Part shown: piece by piece, positions 44,593 through 54,166 of the stretch | How the letters are laid out: each line of letters begins with the position of its first letter | Position numbering within the stretch: position 1 is the stretch's first letter | Origin: Clostridia bacterium | GTDB taxonomy: Bacteria > Bacillota > Clostridia > UMGS1883 > UMGS1540 | Direction of reading: 5' to 3' | Assembly: GCA_017442155.1 (NCBI GenBank) | Contig: JAFSAU010000004.1 | Location: forward strand, 404-64,403 | DNA length: 64,000 nucleotides | Program-made: the position numbers and the translations under genes | The notes under the pieces: model-generated | Databases searched by the model: none | Seen by the model: the letters and a program-made list of their open reading frames with translations, nothing else | Told to the model about the DNA's origin: nothing

Positions 44593-47500
44593 TGAAACGT
44601 TTTGTTGCTTTGGGACTTATAATACTGCTGGTGATAACGGCCATACCGGTGCTGGCAGAAAATATGTATAATTATACCTGGGCGGAAGGCTGGGATGTGG
44701 GAACCTATTCGTATGTGACGGAAAAGGGTACCCATGCGTTCGTAACCACGGAGCAGGCGCATGAGGGAACATATTCCATGAAAATCCGGAACAAGGAAAA
44801 GGATCTGACACGTGTCTGGACGAAGATTACCGGTCTGGAACCCGGAAAAACCTATACGGCCAGCGTATATGTGAAAATTATAGGCGCACTGCCGGAGGGA
44901 GCGGGCGCACTGCTTCGCGTTACGGCAGATTATAAAGACGGCGCAGGGAAGGCATGGAAAGCGTCTGAACGCATTTCCGGTACGCAAAAACGCTGGAAGG
45001 AGCTTACGGCAAAGTTTACTGTGCCGGCAGGCATGACGGAAGCGGCAGTTTGTCTGGACACAGGCAATGTAACAGATGATAATTTTGTATATTGGGATTC
45101 TCTCACAGTAGAAGGTGTGGAGGTTACAAACGGCAGCTTTGAATCCATCATTGAAATTAAGCCCGAAGTAATTGAAGTTCCGGAAGGGGCAGAAAACCTG
45201 ATAGAAAACGGCGGCTTTGAGGCCGTGGACGGCGTAGCTGCCGTGGGATGGAATGCATATAAGGACTGGAAAGACAATCCTTACGTTTCCGTAACAACGG
45301 AAAAAGCCCATTCCGGTAGTCGCAGTATAAAACTTACCAATGACGGCACGGGAACAAACCCCTGGGTAAATATAAAGGTACAGGTAGAGCCCGGTGTGGA
45401 CTACCTGATTACCATGTGGGTATGGTGCGAAAAGCTTCCGTCGGGAAAGGATACCCGGATTAAGTTTGAGCCGTATTCCGACCCGGTGGAATTTACGGCT
45501 AAAACGGCACTGGACGGTTCCTTTAACTCGGCACCAGTAACCAATACCTTCGGAGAATGGATGAAGATTCAGCAGAAGTTTTCGTCCAGCGTAGAGTGTC
45601 AGGGTGTAGCAATTTATCCCCGTTTATACAGCGGCTCCGGTGCTTGCTATTACGATGATGTGGAAATGTATAAAATCACAGAGCCGAGAAAAATATTTGC
45701 CACAACAAACTGGGGCATTTACTATCCCGATTTTGAGGAAGGATATGCCACAGTAACACCCTATACCGGTTTTGAAACCGGGGAAACTACGGTCGGGTTT
45801 GAATTCTTAGACGGCGACAAGGTGCTTCTTTCCCAGGAAGCCCGCCCCTTCCAGGATGGACAGGTGCAGTTCTTTTACCCGGTATCGCTTCTTTCGGAGC
45901 TGACGAAAGAATACGTTGTCCGGGCAACGCTCTATGATATAGACGGAAACGTTCTGGAAAGTATGGATTGCCCTATCTATAAATACGAACGGTCTCCGTA
46001 TCTTAGGGAGGATGGCGTTTTCCTGAAAAATAAGACCGAACCTTTTTATCCGGTCCTTGCTTACCATGCTTATGGCAAGGAACATTTCCCCTATCTTGCA
46101 GAAGGCGGTATTAACGCGATTCAGGTGCATTTTACAAGCATAGGTGAACTTGACAGCATCATGAAAAATGTGGTAGAATATAATGTGATGGCCATGATTG
46201 CGCTGTACCGCGGCGGCGGTTTTGCAGGAGACCCGGAAAATCAGGAAATGAATGCGGAAGCGATTACAAAATATAAGGATCATCCAAACGTAATGGGCTG
46301 GATGATTCAGGATGAACCCTTTAATAAGGGCGAGTATTTTGACGTTTTAAAGCGTCTTCGTGAATCCTATACATTCATTAAAAGATATGATCCGGAACAT
46401 CCGGTGTACTGTCTGGATGCCTCTGTCGGCACGTTTGTGCAAACGGCAAAATGGGTGGATATCTTAACGACAGACCCCTATCCCACCTCAAAACGCGACC
46501 CGGCTACATTTGTCGCCACTCGCTGTGCGGCACTTCGGGAAGCAACCCAGGGCGAAAAGCCGGGCTGGTCTGTGGTGCAGGCTTATGAGGGCGGTATATG
46601 GCCTACAGGCGATCAGTACAGAAGCAGTCTCTATCAGTCGCTTTTCGGCGGCGCAAAGGGCCTGGGACTGTATGCGGTCAGCGATGCGCGGTATATTGAC
46701 GGCGTAAAGACGGAGCTTTACAAAACAGACCTTTGGCCGGCACTCAAGGAATTTGCCGAGGTGGATTTCCAGATGGCAAACGAGGTGTTTGTCAGTGCAG
46801 AGATTCCCACATTCAATGAAGTGCGGGGCGAAAAATACTGGTACAGAAGCTGGGAAAAGGATGGAAAGCTCTATCTGATTATTTTAAATCGGGATAACGA
46901 TAATGAAACAGAGGCAGAAATTCAGCTCACTTCCTTTGATGGTAGCGTAACTGTGGGTGGTTTCTCCGGCAAAATTATTGCAGGAGGAGAAGGAGAGGCC
47001 AGCGGAAACGGGGTTTTAAAAGCAAAACTCCAGCCCTGCGCGGCACAGCTCTGGGAACTGGAGCTTTCCACGCCCGTGGATTTCAGCGTAAGTGCACCGT
47101 ACACCTATTTTGATATGGATGCATACGGTTGGGCAAGAAGTGCGGCAGAGCTGATGAAGGAAAAGGGCATAACCTACGACCCGGTGTCCTATGCCTTCCG
47201 CCCCGGTGAGAAAATCACCCGCGGTGACCTGGCAATGTTCCTGGTCCGTTCTTTAGGTCTTACGGGCGAGGGCGGGGAAAACTTTGCCGACGTACCGGCA
47301 GAGGCCCACTATGCCAAAGAGCTTGCCATCGGAAAAGCGGCCGGCATCTTAAACGGCGTGGGCGACAATAAGTTTAATCCGGAAGCTGAAATCACACGCC
47401 AGGATATGATGACAATTATATCCCGCGGTATGGCTCTGCAAGGCGAAACAGATGTGATGGCCTTTTCTGACAGCGGTCTTATTGCAGACTATGCCCTGCC

Positions 47501-47624
47501 CCACGTAAAGGCTATGATTTCTTCGGGCCTTGTAAAAGGAAATGCAGACGGAACCCTAAATCCGCTGGGGAACACAACTCGTGCGGAAGCGGCTGTCATT
47601 ATGCAGCGGATACTAAAAAGGTAG
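44589..47624 (+). CDS. secreted CBM-CBM-barrel protein with 3 SLH repeats (module B, gene 3)
   Basis: The ATG overlaps the upstream stop (ATGA) and follows GGAGG. Signal peptide MMKRFVALGLIILLVITAIPVLA. Barrel motifs are PVLAYH, GINAIQ, QDEPFNK, TDPYPT, VVQAYEGGIWPT and GLYAV. 1011 aa. Confidence 0.8.
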   Translation: MMKRFVALGLIILLVITAIPVLAENMYNYTWAEGWDVGTYSYVTEKGTHAFVTTEQAHEGTYSMKIRNKEKDLTRVWTKITGLEPGKTYTASVYVKIIGALPEGAGALLRVTADYKDGAGKAWKASERISGTQKRWKELTAKFTVPAGMTEAAVCLDTGNVTDDNFVYWDSLTVEGVEVTNGSFESIIEIKPEVIEVPEGAENLIENGGFEAVDGVAAVGWNAYKDWKDNPYVSVTTEKAHSGSRSIKLTNDGTGTNPWVNIKVQVEPGVDYLITMWVWCEKLPSGKDTRIKFEPYSDPVEFTAKTALDGSFNSAPVTNTFGEWMKIQQKFSSSVECQGVAIYPRLYSGSGACYYDDVEMYKITEPRKIFATTNWGIYYPDFEEGYATVTPYTGFETGETTVGFEFLDGDKVLLSQEARPFQDGQVQFFYPVSLLSELTKEYVVRATLYDIDGNVLESMDCPIYKYERSPYLREDGVFLKNKTEPFYPVLAYHAYGKEHFPYLAEGGINAIQVHFTSIGELDSIMKNVVEYNVMAMIALYRGGGFAGDPENQEMNAEAITKYKDHPNVMGWMIQDEPFNKGEYFDVLKRLRESYTFIKRYDPEHPVYCLDASVGTFVQTAKWVDILTTDPYPTSKRDPATFVATRCAALREATQGEKPGWSVVQAYEGGIWPTGDQYRSSLYQSLFGGAKGLGLYAVSDARYIDGVKTELYKTDLWPALKEFAEVDFQMANEVFVSAEIPTFNEVRGEKYWYRSWEKDGKLYLIILNRDNDNETEAEIQLTSFDGSVTVGGFSGKIIAGGEGEASGNGVLKAKLQPCAAQLWELELSTPVDFSVSAPYTYFDMDAYGWARSAAELMKEKGITYDPVSYAFRPGEKITRGDLAMFLVRSLGLTGEGGENFADVPAEAHYAKELAIGKAAGILNGVGDNKFNPEAEITRQDMMTIISRGMALQGETDVMAFSDSGLIADYALPHVKAMISSGLVKGNADGTLNPLGNTTRAEAAVIMQRILKR
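47100..47621 (+). other. three SLH repeats
   Basis: YTYFDMDAYGWARSAAELM..., FADVPAEAHYAKELAIGKAAGILNG... and FSDSGLIADYALPHVKAMISSGLVKG...TRAEAAVIMQRIL. Confidence 0.85.
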
Positions 47625-47639
47625 GAAAGGAAGTTTGGG

Positions 47640-50600
47640 ATGAAAAAGATTGCATCGGTTGTAGTAACGGTATTTTTGCTGACAACACTTCTTATTCCGG
47701 CACAGGCAGACCAGTTTAACTACACCTGGGCGGAAGGCTGGGATGTGGGAACTTACAGCTATACTACGCAGAAAGGCGTGGAAGCAGAGGTGACAAAAGA
47801 GGAAGCCAAGGAGGGTGAATACTCTCTGAAAATCTGGAATAAGCTGGATAAAAACACACGGGTCTGGGCGCAGGCAACCGGCCTCGAGCCGGGAAAATCC
47901 TATACAGCCAGTGCGTTTATAAAAATCGCTGGAGAGCTCCCCGATAAAGCGGGTGCCATCCTGCGGGTTTCGCCGGCCTATACAGATGGTGCCGGAAAAG
48001 CAATCGGGTATTCCAGCCGTATTTCCACAACAATGAAACGCTGGACGGAGCTTACGGCCACCTTCACAGTGCCTGCGGACACTACAGAGCTGGCAATTTG
48101 CCTGGATACGGGCATTGTGGAGAAAGGAAATGCTGTATACTGGGACGAGGTAAAAATTAAAAATACAGAAGTCGATATAAACGGCAGCTTTGAAAAAATT
48201 ATTGAAATCAAACCGGAAGAGATCAATATTCCCGAGGGCAATGAAAATCTCATTATTGACAGTAGCTTCGAAGAGCATGACGGAACGGCCATGGAAAAAT
48301 GGAACGCCTATCAGGGTTGGAAAGCGGATAATCCCTTCGTATCCATTACAACAGAAAAAGTACGTACAGGCAAAGCCGCTATAAAAATTGAAAGTACGGA
48401 AAGCGGGAAAAATCCGTGGGTAAGCCAGGGGATTCCGGTACAGCCGGGTACAGAGTATCTGGTTTCGGTGTGGGCGTATGTAGAAATGCTGGATAAGAGC
48501 GTAACAGCATCCTGCGGCCCGCGCATGAAGATAGAGCAGTATTCCAGCAATGAGGAGCGTACTTCCAAGACAGCACTGGACGGTGCTGTTTCCTCCAGTC
48601 TGTATTCCCAGGAAACAGACGGCTGGGTACAGCTTACACAAAAGGTTTCCTCCGGTATTGAGTGCTACAGTCTTGCGATTTATTACCGGTTTTACGGGGC
48701 AGGCGTCGTGTATTTTGACGACGCGGAGGTATACCAGCTGACGGAACCGACTAAACTGAGCCTGGAAACGGATTGGGGCGTATATTATCCCGACTTTAAA
48801 ACGGGTGTTGCAAAGGCTTCGGCGAATCCCGGGCTTAAAGAAGAAAACACCAGCGTTTCCTTTGCATTTAAAGATGGCAGTACTGTTCTGAAGGAACAGG
48901 AAGCACGCCCGCTTGCGGAGGAAGGAGTAGAATTTGCGTTTGAAACTGCACTGATGGCAGAAATGGCAAAGAATTATACTGTTTCTGCGACACTTTATGA
49001 TACAAATGGGAATGTGCTGGAGGTGCAGGAAAAGAACGTGTTTATGTTCGACCGTTCTCCTTATATCCGTTCCGACGGTGTGTATCTGAAAAATAAAACA
49101 ACACCGTTTTATCCGGTATTTGCCTATCACGCACACGGCGAAAAACATGCACCGTATCTTGCCGAGGCAGGTATTAACACCATTCAGGTTACGTTTGCCG
49201 GTAATGTAGAAACGCTTGGGAATCTCCTGGATGTTTGTGCGGAATATGATATTATGGCACTGGTGGGACTGTATTCAGGCATGAAGTTCGCGGCAGACCC
49301 TGCGAATATCGCGGTAACAAAAGAAGCTGTGGAAAAATTCAAGGACCATCCCAATGTATTTGGATGGATGGTTATGGATGAGCCGTTTATTCATGGGGAG
49401 TATAATGAGGTTGTACGCCTCCTTTGCGAGTCCTATTCCTTAATCCGGAGCATTGATCCGGAGCATCCGGTGTATACACTGGATAATGCCCACGGCACCT
49501 TCTATGAAACGAGTAAGTATGTGGATATTCTGGCGACAGACCCGTATCCCACCTCAAAGCGCGACCCGGCTACCTGGATTGCCACACAAACGGTGCGTCT
49601 CCGTGATGCGGCACGCGGTCAGAAGCCGATTTATTCCCTGGTGCAGGCCTACGAAGGCGGCATCTGGCCCACAGCCGATCAGCTCCGGAGCAGCCTCTAT
49701 CAGTCCCTTTTTGAAGGTGCAGATGCCATCGGATATTACGCCGTCGGCGATGCGAGAAAAATTGACGGGGTAACGACGCAGCTGTATAACACGGACCTCT
49801 GGCCGGCCGTGAAAGAGTTTAAAGCTGTGGACCTCGCAGACGATATGGCCTTCAAAGTGTTTGCCGGAAATGAAATTCCCACCTTTAACGATGTTCGGAA
49901 TGAACAATACTGGTACAGAAGCTGGGAAAAGGACGGCAAGCTCTACGTTGTGATTTTAAATCGCAGCAACGAAGAAACACGGGAAGCAGAGATTAAGCTG
50001 ACATCCTTTGACGGAAGCGTAACGGTCGGCAGCTTCTCCGGCAAAATTATTGCAGGCGGTGAAGGGGAAGATAGCGGAAACGGCGTTTTAAAGGCAACGC
50101 TGCAGCCCTGCGCGGCACAGCTCTGGGAGCTGGAGCTGTCCACACCTGTGGATTTCAGTGTCTCCATGCCGTTCACCTATTTTGACTTAGGTGACTATGG
50201 CTGGGCACGAGATGCGGCAGAGCTGATGAAGGAAAAGGGTATCACCTATGACCCGAGTCAGTATTATTACAGACCCGGCGAGAAGATTACCCGCGGCGAT
50301 TTGGCTATGTTCCTGGTCCGTTCTTTAGGTCTTGCGGGCGCGGAAGCGGAAAACTTTGACGATGTACCGGCAGATGCACACTACGCGAAAGATATTGCCA
50401 TAGGGAAAGCGGCCGGCATCTTAAACGGCGTGGGGGACAATAAGTTTAATCCCCAGGCCGAAATTACGCGGCAGGATATGATGACCATTATATCCCGTGG
50501 TATGGCTCTGACGGGAGAGACAGATTTGGCAGCCTTTTCTGACAGCAGCCTTATTGCAGAGTATGCACTTTCGCATGTGAAAGCAATGATTTCTTCGGGA

Positions 50601-50696
50601 CTTGTAAAAGGAAATGCAGACGGGACCTTAAATCCGTTGGGGAACACAACCCGCGCGGAAGCGGCTGTCATTATGCAGCGCATATTAAATCAGTAA
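47640..50696 (+). CDS. secreted CBM-CBM-barrel protein with 3 SLH repeats (module B, gene 4)
   Basis: RBS AAAGGAAG. Signal peptide MKKIASVVVTVFLLTTLLIPAQA. Barrel motifs are PVFAYH, GINTIQ, MDEPFIH, TDPYPT, LVQAYEGGIWPT and GYYAV. 1018 aa. Confidence 0.8.
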   Translation: MKKIASVVVTVFLLTTLLIPAQADQFNYTWAEGWDVGTYSYTTQKGVEAEVTKEEAKEGEYSLKIWNKLDKNTRVWAQATGLEPGKSYTASAFIKIAGELPDKAGAILRVSPAYTDGAGKAIGYSSRISTTMKRWTELTATFTVPADTTELAICLDTGIVEKGNAVYWDEVKIKNTEVDINGSFEKIIEIKPEEINIPEGNENLIIDSSFEEHDGTAMEKWNAYQGWKADNPFVSITTEKVRTGKAAIKIESTESGKNPWVSQGIPVQPGTEYLVSVWAYVEMLDKSVTASCGPRMKIEQYSSNEERTSKTALDGAVSSSLYSQETDGWVQLTQKVSSGIECYSLAIYYRFYGAGVVYFDDAEVYQLTEPTKLSLETDWGVYYPDFKTGVAKASANPGLKEENTSVSFAFKDGSTVLKEQEARPLAEEGVEFAFETALMAEMAKNYTVSATLYDTNGNVLEVQEKNVFMFDRSPYIRSDGVYLKNKTTPFYPVFAYHAHGEKHAPYLAEAGINTIQVTFAGNVETLGNLLDVCAEYDIMALVGLYSGMKFAADPANIAVTKEAVEKFKDHPNVFGWMVMDEPFIHGEYNEVVRLLCESYSLIRSIDPEHPVYTLDNAHGTFYETSKYVDILATDPYPTSKRDPATWIATQTVRLRDAARGQKPIYSLVQAYEGGIWPTADQLRSSLYQSLFEGADAIGYYAVGDARKIDGVTTQLYNTDLWPAVKEFKAVDLADDMAFKVFAGNEIPTFNDVRNEQYWYRSWEKDGKLYVVILNRSNEETREAEIKLTSFDGSVTVGSFSGKIIAGGEGEDSGNGVLKATLQPCAAQLWELELSTPVDFSVSMPFTYFDLGDYGWARDAAELMKEKGITYDPSQYYYRPGEKITRGDLAMFLVRSLGLAGAEAENFDDVPADAHYAKDIAIGKAAGILNGVGDNKFNPQAEITRQDMMTIISRGMALTGETDLAAFSDSSLIAEYALSHVKAMISSGLVKGNADGTLNPLGNTTRAEAAVIMQRILNQ
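50172..50693 (+). other. three SLH repeats
   Basis: 174 codons collinear with 47100-47621. Confidence 0.85.
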
Positions 50697-50702
50697 AAAT
50701 AA

Positions 50703-50732
50703 CAGGACTGCGGCAAAGATGCTGCAGTCCTG
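50703..50732 (+). other. intra-operon hairpin without a T-tract
   Basis: CAGGACTGC (50703-50711) pairs with GCAGTCCTG (50724-50732) and is followed by AAAAAG. This may be a processing or stability element rather than a terminator. Confidence 0.35.
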
Positions 50733-50750
50733 AAAAAGTGGGAGGAAAAA

Positions 50751-51683
50751 ATGGAAAATTTATTCAGGCATCACATCCGCATTGAGCGGGACGGTGAATG
50801 GCTTCGTCCGGCGCGCCTCACTGCGAGGCAGGAGGAGGAAAGCCGGCGGCGGGAGCCGTTTTATCTCCGGGCGATTTGCGGTGGGGGGATTTCCATCGGC
50901 TTCTGTTCGGAGGCAAAGACCGTAACGCTGGCGTATAAAATCACTGAAAACGTGCGTGACTATGCGTATGTAGACATTGTGGTGGACGGTGTTCTTGCAA
51001 AAACAGTCAATCTGGAAGAAAAGGAAGGGGAGCTTACCCTCGAAATCCCCGGTGCCGGAATGCGGGAAACGGAGATTTTTCTGCCGCATCTGGCCCAGCT
51101 GTGGTTTCGGAAAATCCAACCGGATGCGCCTTATGCGCCCATCCCGGAAAAGGAAAAGCTGTGGGTATTTATCGGCGATTCCATTACCCACGGAATGCAG
51201 ACGGAGCATCCGTCCATGACGTACCCGGTGCTGTCCTCGCGGATTTTGGGCTGTGACTATGTGAATATGGGCGTTTGTGGCGGTACTTTCTATGCAGATG
51301 ATATTGATAGCTGCGGAAAAACGCCGGACATTCTTTCTGTTGCCTATGGTACCAATGACTGGAAACAGGCCAAGGATAAGGAAAGCTTCCGCAGACAGGC
51401 CGCAGACACGATTGCCCGCATTACGGAAACCTTTTCCTGTAAAAACATGTACGCCATTTTGCCCTTGTGGCGAAAGGATTCGGGTGAGGTGTACGGCGGC
51501 ATGACCTTTGCAGAAATGCACGCGGTACTTCGGGAAGAATACGAAAAATACCCGTTTATCACTGTGCTGGACGGCACTACGCTCGTACCGCCCATGCCGG
51601 ACTTTTTCCATGACGGAGTGCATCCTGTTACTGCGGGATTTCTGCACTTTGCTATGGAACTTACAAAACATATTAACAAATAA
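50751..51683 (+). CDS. SGNH/GDSL-family esterase, no signal peptide
   Basis: RBS GGGAGGAAAAA. FIGDSITHG (block I Ser), YGTNDW (block III) and HDGVHP (block V Asp/His) are present. 310 aa. Confidence 0.75.
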   Translation: MENLFRHHIRIERDGEWLRPARLTARQEEESRRREPFYLRAICGGGISIGFCSEAKTVTLAYKITENVRDYAYVDIVVDGVLAKTVNLEEKEGELTLEIPGAGMRETEIFLPHLAQLWFRKIQPDAPYAPIPEKEKLWVFIGDSITHGMQTEHPSMTYPVLSSRILGCDYVNMGVCGGTFYADDIDSCGKTPDILSVAYGTNDWKQAKDKESFRRQAADTIARITETFSCKNMYAILPLWRKDSGEVYGGMTFAEMHAVLREEYEKYPFITVLDGTTLVPPMPDFFHDGVHPVTAGFLHFAMELTKHINK

Positions 51684-51697
51684 AAAGGAGACGAATA

Positions 51698-52990
51698 ATG
51701 ATTAACATTTTAGATTTAGGCGCAGTAGGGGACGGTAAGACCGATAATACAGCACTTTTACAGAAAGCTCTGGATGACCTGCAGCCTGCAGGCGGGATGC
51801 TTTATTTCCCGGCAGGGGAGTATGTTACCGGGTCACTCTGGGTAAAAAGTAACACCACAATTTATCTGGAATCCGGGGCAATTTTGGCCGCCAGCGGCGA
51901 TTACAGTCTCTACCCCGTTATCGGGGAGGACCTGATTCCCGGCTTTACCCGCGGATCCCGGCGCGGTATACTTTTTTCGCTGAATGCGGAAAACATTACG
52001 GTAAAAGGGGAAGGCACCATAGACGGCCGCGGTTATAACTGGTGGGTCAACCGTTCAAACGGAGAAACCGATGAACGCCGTCCGCGCACAATCCAGTTTA
52101 TCAATACGGACAACGTCACCATTGAGGGCATCCGCATTATCAATTCCCCCTGCTGGACGGTACATCCCATCCACTGTAATAATGTAAATATCCACGGCAT
52201 TTCCATTGTTAATCCTTATGATTCTCCGAATACAGACGGTATAAACCCGGAAAGCTGTAAAAACGTGAAAATTTCGGATTGCTATGTTGACGTGGGCGAT
52301 GACTGTGTAACCATTAAATCCGGACTGGAACGGGACGCATTCCCGAAATGCTACCCCTGTGAGAATATCGTGGTTACGAATTGTACCTTTGTGCATGGTC
52401 ACGGCGGTATCGTTATCGGCAGTGAAATGAGCGGCGGCGTGCGGAATATGACAGTAACAAACTGTGTGTTCCGGGATACCGAGCGCGGTATCCGCGTGAA
52501 AACACGCCGGAGAAGAGGCGGCTATGTCGAGGATATCGTTATCAATAACGTCATTATGGACAATGTGATTGCCGGCATTACGATGAATGAATATTATAAA
52601 ATTGCGGCCAGCCCGGATAATATGGAGCTGTTCTCCTACGAGAAACGACCCATTGAGCCGACCACACCCTATTTTAAAAACATCATTATTTCCAATATTA
52701 TTATGAAGAATGTTCGGGCCGCCGGCATCTATTTTCTGGGTCTGCCGGAGCTGCCGATTTCCAAGGTCAAGATTCTGAACGCCGATATCCGCGTTACCGG
52801 CTGTGAGGAAGGGGAGGACAGCGTTTCCGTGCATAATATCCCCAAATCCTACGGCGACGGTATTTATCTGAAAAATGTGGAGGATGTGGTTATCAACAAC
52901 TGCAGTCTGTCGGCAAAGGAGAAGGAATATATCTTTGATAACGCGCAGGAAACCTACATAAACGGTAAAAAGGTACCGAGCACCCTGTGA
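51698..52990 (+). CDS. GH28 family glycoside hydrolase (polygalacturonase-like), no signal peptide
   Basis: RBS AAAGGAGA. The four GH28 signature blocks are present: SPNTDGINP, VGDDCVTIKSG, HGHGGIVIGSE and RGIRVKT. 430 aa. Confidence 0.8.
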   Translation: MINILDLGAVGDGKTDNTALLQKALDDLQPAGGMLYFPAGEYVTGSLWVKSNTTIYLESGAILAASGDYSLYPVIGEDLIPGFTRGSRRGILFSLNAENITVKGEGTIDGRGYNWWVNRSNGETDERRPRTIQFINTDNVTIEGIRIINSPCWTVHPIHCNNVNIHGISIVNPYDSPNTDGINPESCKNVKISDCYVDVGDDCVTIKSGLERDAFPKCYPCENIVVTNCTFVHGHGGIVIGSEMSGGVRNMTVTNCVFRDTERGIRVKTRRRRGGYVEDIVINNVIMDNVIAGITMNEYYKIAASPDNMELFSYEKRPIEPTTPYFKNIIISNIIMKNVRAAGIYFLGLPELPISKVKILNADIRVTGCEEGEDSVSVHNIPKSYGDGIYLKNVEDVVINNCSLSAKEKEYIFDNAQETYINGKKVPSTL

Positions 52991-53000
52991 GGAGAAAACT

Positions 53001-54068
53001 ATGACAGTGAAGGAACAGCTTAAAGCCAGACAATTACCGGATTTGTTTACGTTTGCGGACGGGACACCCGTTACAGCGGAAAATGCAGCGAGACGGCAGG
53101 CGGAGCTCATGGAAATCATGCGGCGGGAGGTGTATGGTCCGGCAGTGCCCGACCCGGACTATGTGTCCGGTGAAGTGGTTTCGGAGGGACGAAACGCGGA
53201 TTTCGCCGGAAAAGCATCGCGGAAACAAATCCGCATAACCTTCGGTATCGGAGAGAAAAGCTTTTCTTTCCCGATGGTGCTGGTAATGCCCCGGAATATT
53301 GAAAAACCACCCTTCGCAGTAATTATTAACTTCCGCCCGAATGTACCGGATGACTATATCCCCGCCGAGGAGCTGGTGGACAAAGGCATAGGCTTTGCCG
53401 CTTTCTGTTATGAGGATATCACAGCGGATAAGGATGATTTTGCCAACGGCTTTGCCGGCGTTTTGTCCGGCGAACGGGGGGAGTACGGAAAAATTACTCT
53501 GTGGGCATACTGTGCCTCCCGTGTGCTGGACTATGTGCTGGCAAGGATAAATGTGAATACGGAAAAAATCGCAGTATGCGGCCATTCGCGCCTCGGAAAA
53601 ACGGCACTTTTGGCCGGAGCATGCGACACGCGCTTCGGCTTTGTGTATTCCAATAACTCCGGTTGCGGTGGCGCGGCACTTTCCCACGGAAAAAACGGGG
53701 AGCATATTTCCGATATCACCACCCGGTATGGCTACTGGTTTACGCCGGGCTATGCGAAGTGGGCAGAAAGGGAGCAGGAGCTGCCCTTTGACCAGCATTT
53801 TCTGCTGGCGTCCATTGCACCCCGGAAGGTCTATGTGGCCAGTGCGCTGGAGGACAGATGGGCCGATCCGACATCGGAGTATCTTTCCTGCCATGCGGCG
53901 GGGGAATTTTTCCGTCTCTTTGAAAAGCCGGGCTTTGTCGCATCGGACTGTCTGCCCGACGTGGGCAATGTGTTCCATGCGGGGAGCATCGGCTACCATC
54001 TGCGTGCGGGAATGCATTACTGGAGCCGGGAGGACTGGAATCTCTTTTTGAAATTCTTCCTGCAATAA
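53001..54068 (+). CDS. CE15-like glucuronoyl esterase, no signal peptide
   Basis: RBS GAGGAG. VCGHSRLGKTALLAG corresponds to the CE15 nucleophile block G-(C/H)-S-R-x-G-K. 355 aa. Confidence 0.6.
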   Translation: MTVKEQLKARQLPDLFTFADGTPVTAENAARRQAELMEIMRREVYGPAVPDPDYVSGEVVSEGRNADFAGKASRKQIRITFGIGEKSFSFPMVLVMPRNIEKPPFAVIINFRPNVPDDYIPAEELVDKGIGFAAFCYEDITADKDDFANGFAGVLSGERGEYGKITLWAYCASRVLDYVLARINVNTEKIAVCGHSRLGKTALLAGACDTRFGFVYSNNSGCGGAALSHGKNGEHISDITTRYGYWFTPGYAKWAEREQELPFDQHFLLASIAPRKVYVASALEDRWADPTSEYLSCHAAGEFFRLFEKPGFVASDCLPDVGNVFHAGSIGYHLRAGMHYWSREDWNLFLKFFLQ

Positions 54069-54166
54069 AAACGGATTTTTGAAAATCTACGCAAAAAGCC
54101 GCACCTATTTGGAAGGGTTTCCATACTATGTATTGAAAACCCATATTTAAATAGGAGGTATAAAGC

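Noticed and set aside
22028-53119. Other long antisense ORFs inside the island
   Set aside because: Examples are 22028-22834, 25409-26263, 28577-29458, 43171-43728, 44574-45311, 47613-49148, 50760-51671, 52055-53119 and 53034-54065. Each mirrors a plus-strand gene that has a signal peptide or catalytic motifs and operon-consistent spacing. Their frequency reflects codon usage of the sense genes, not overlapping coding.
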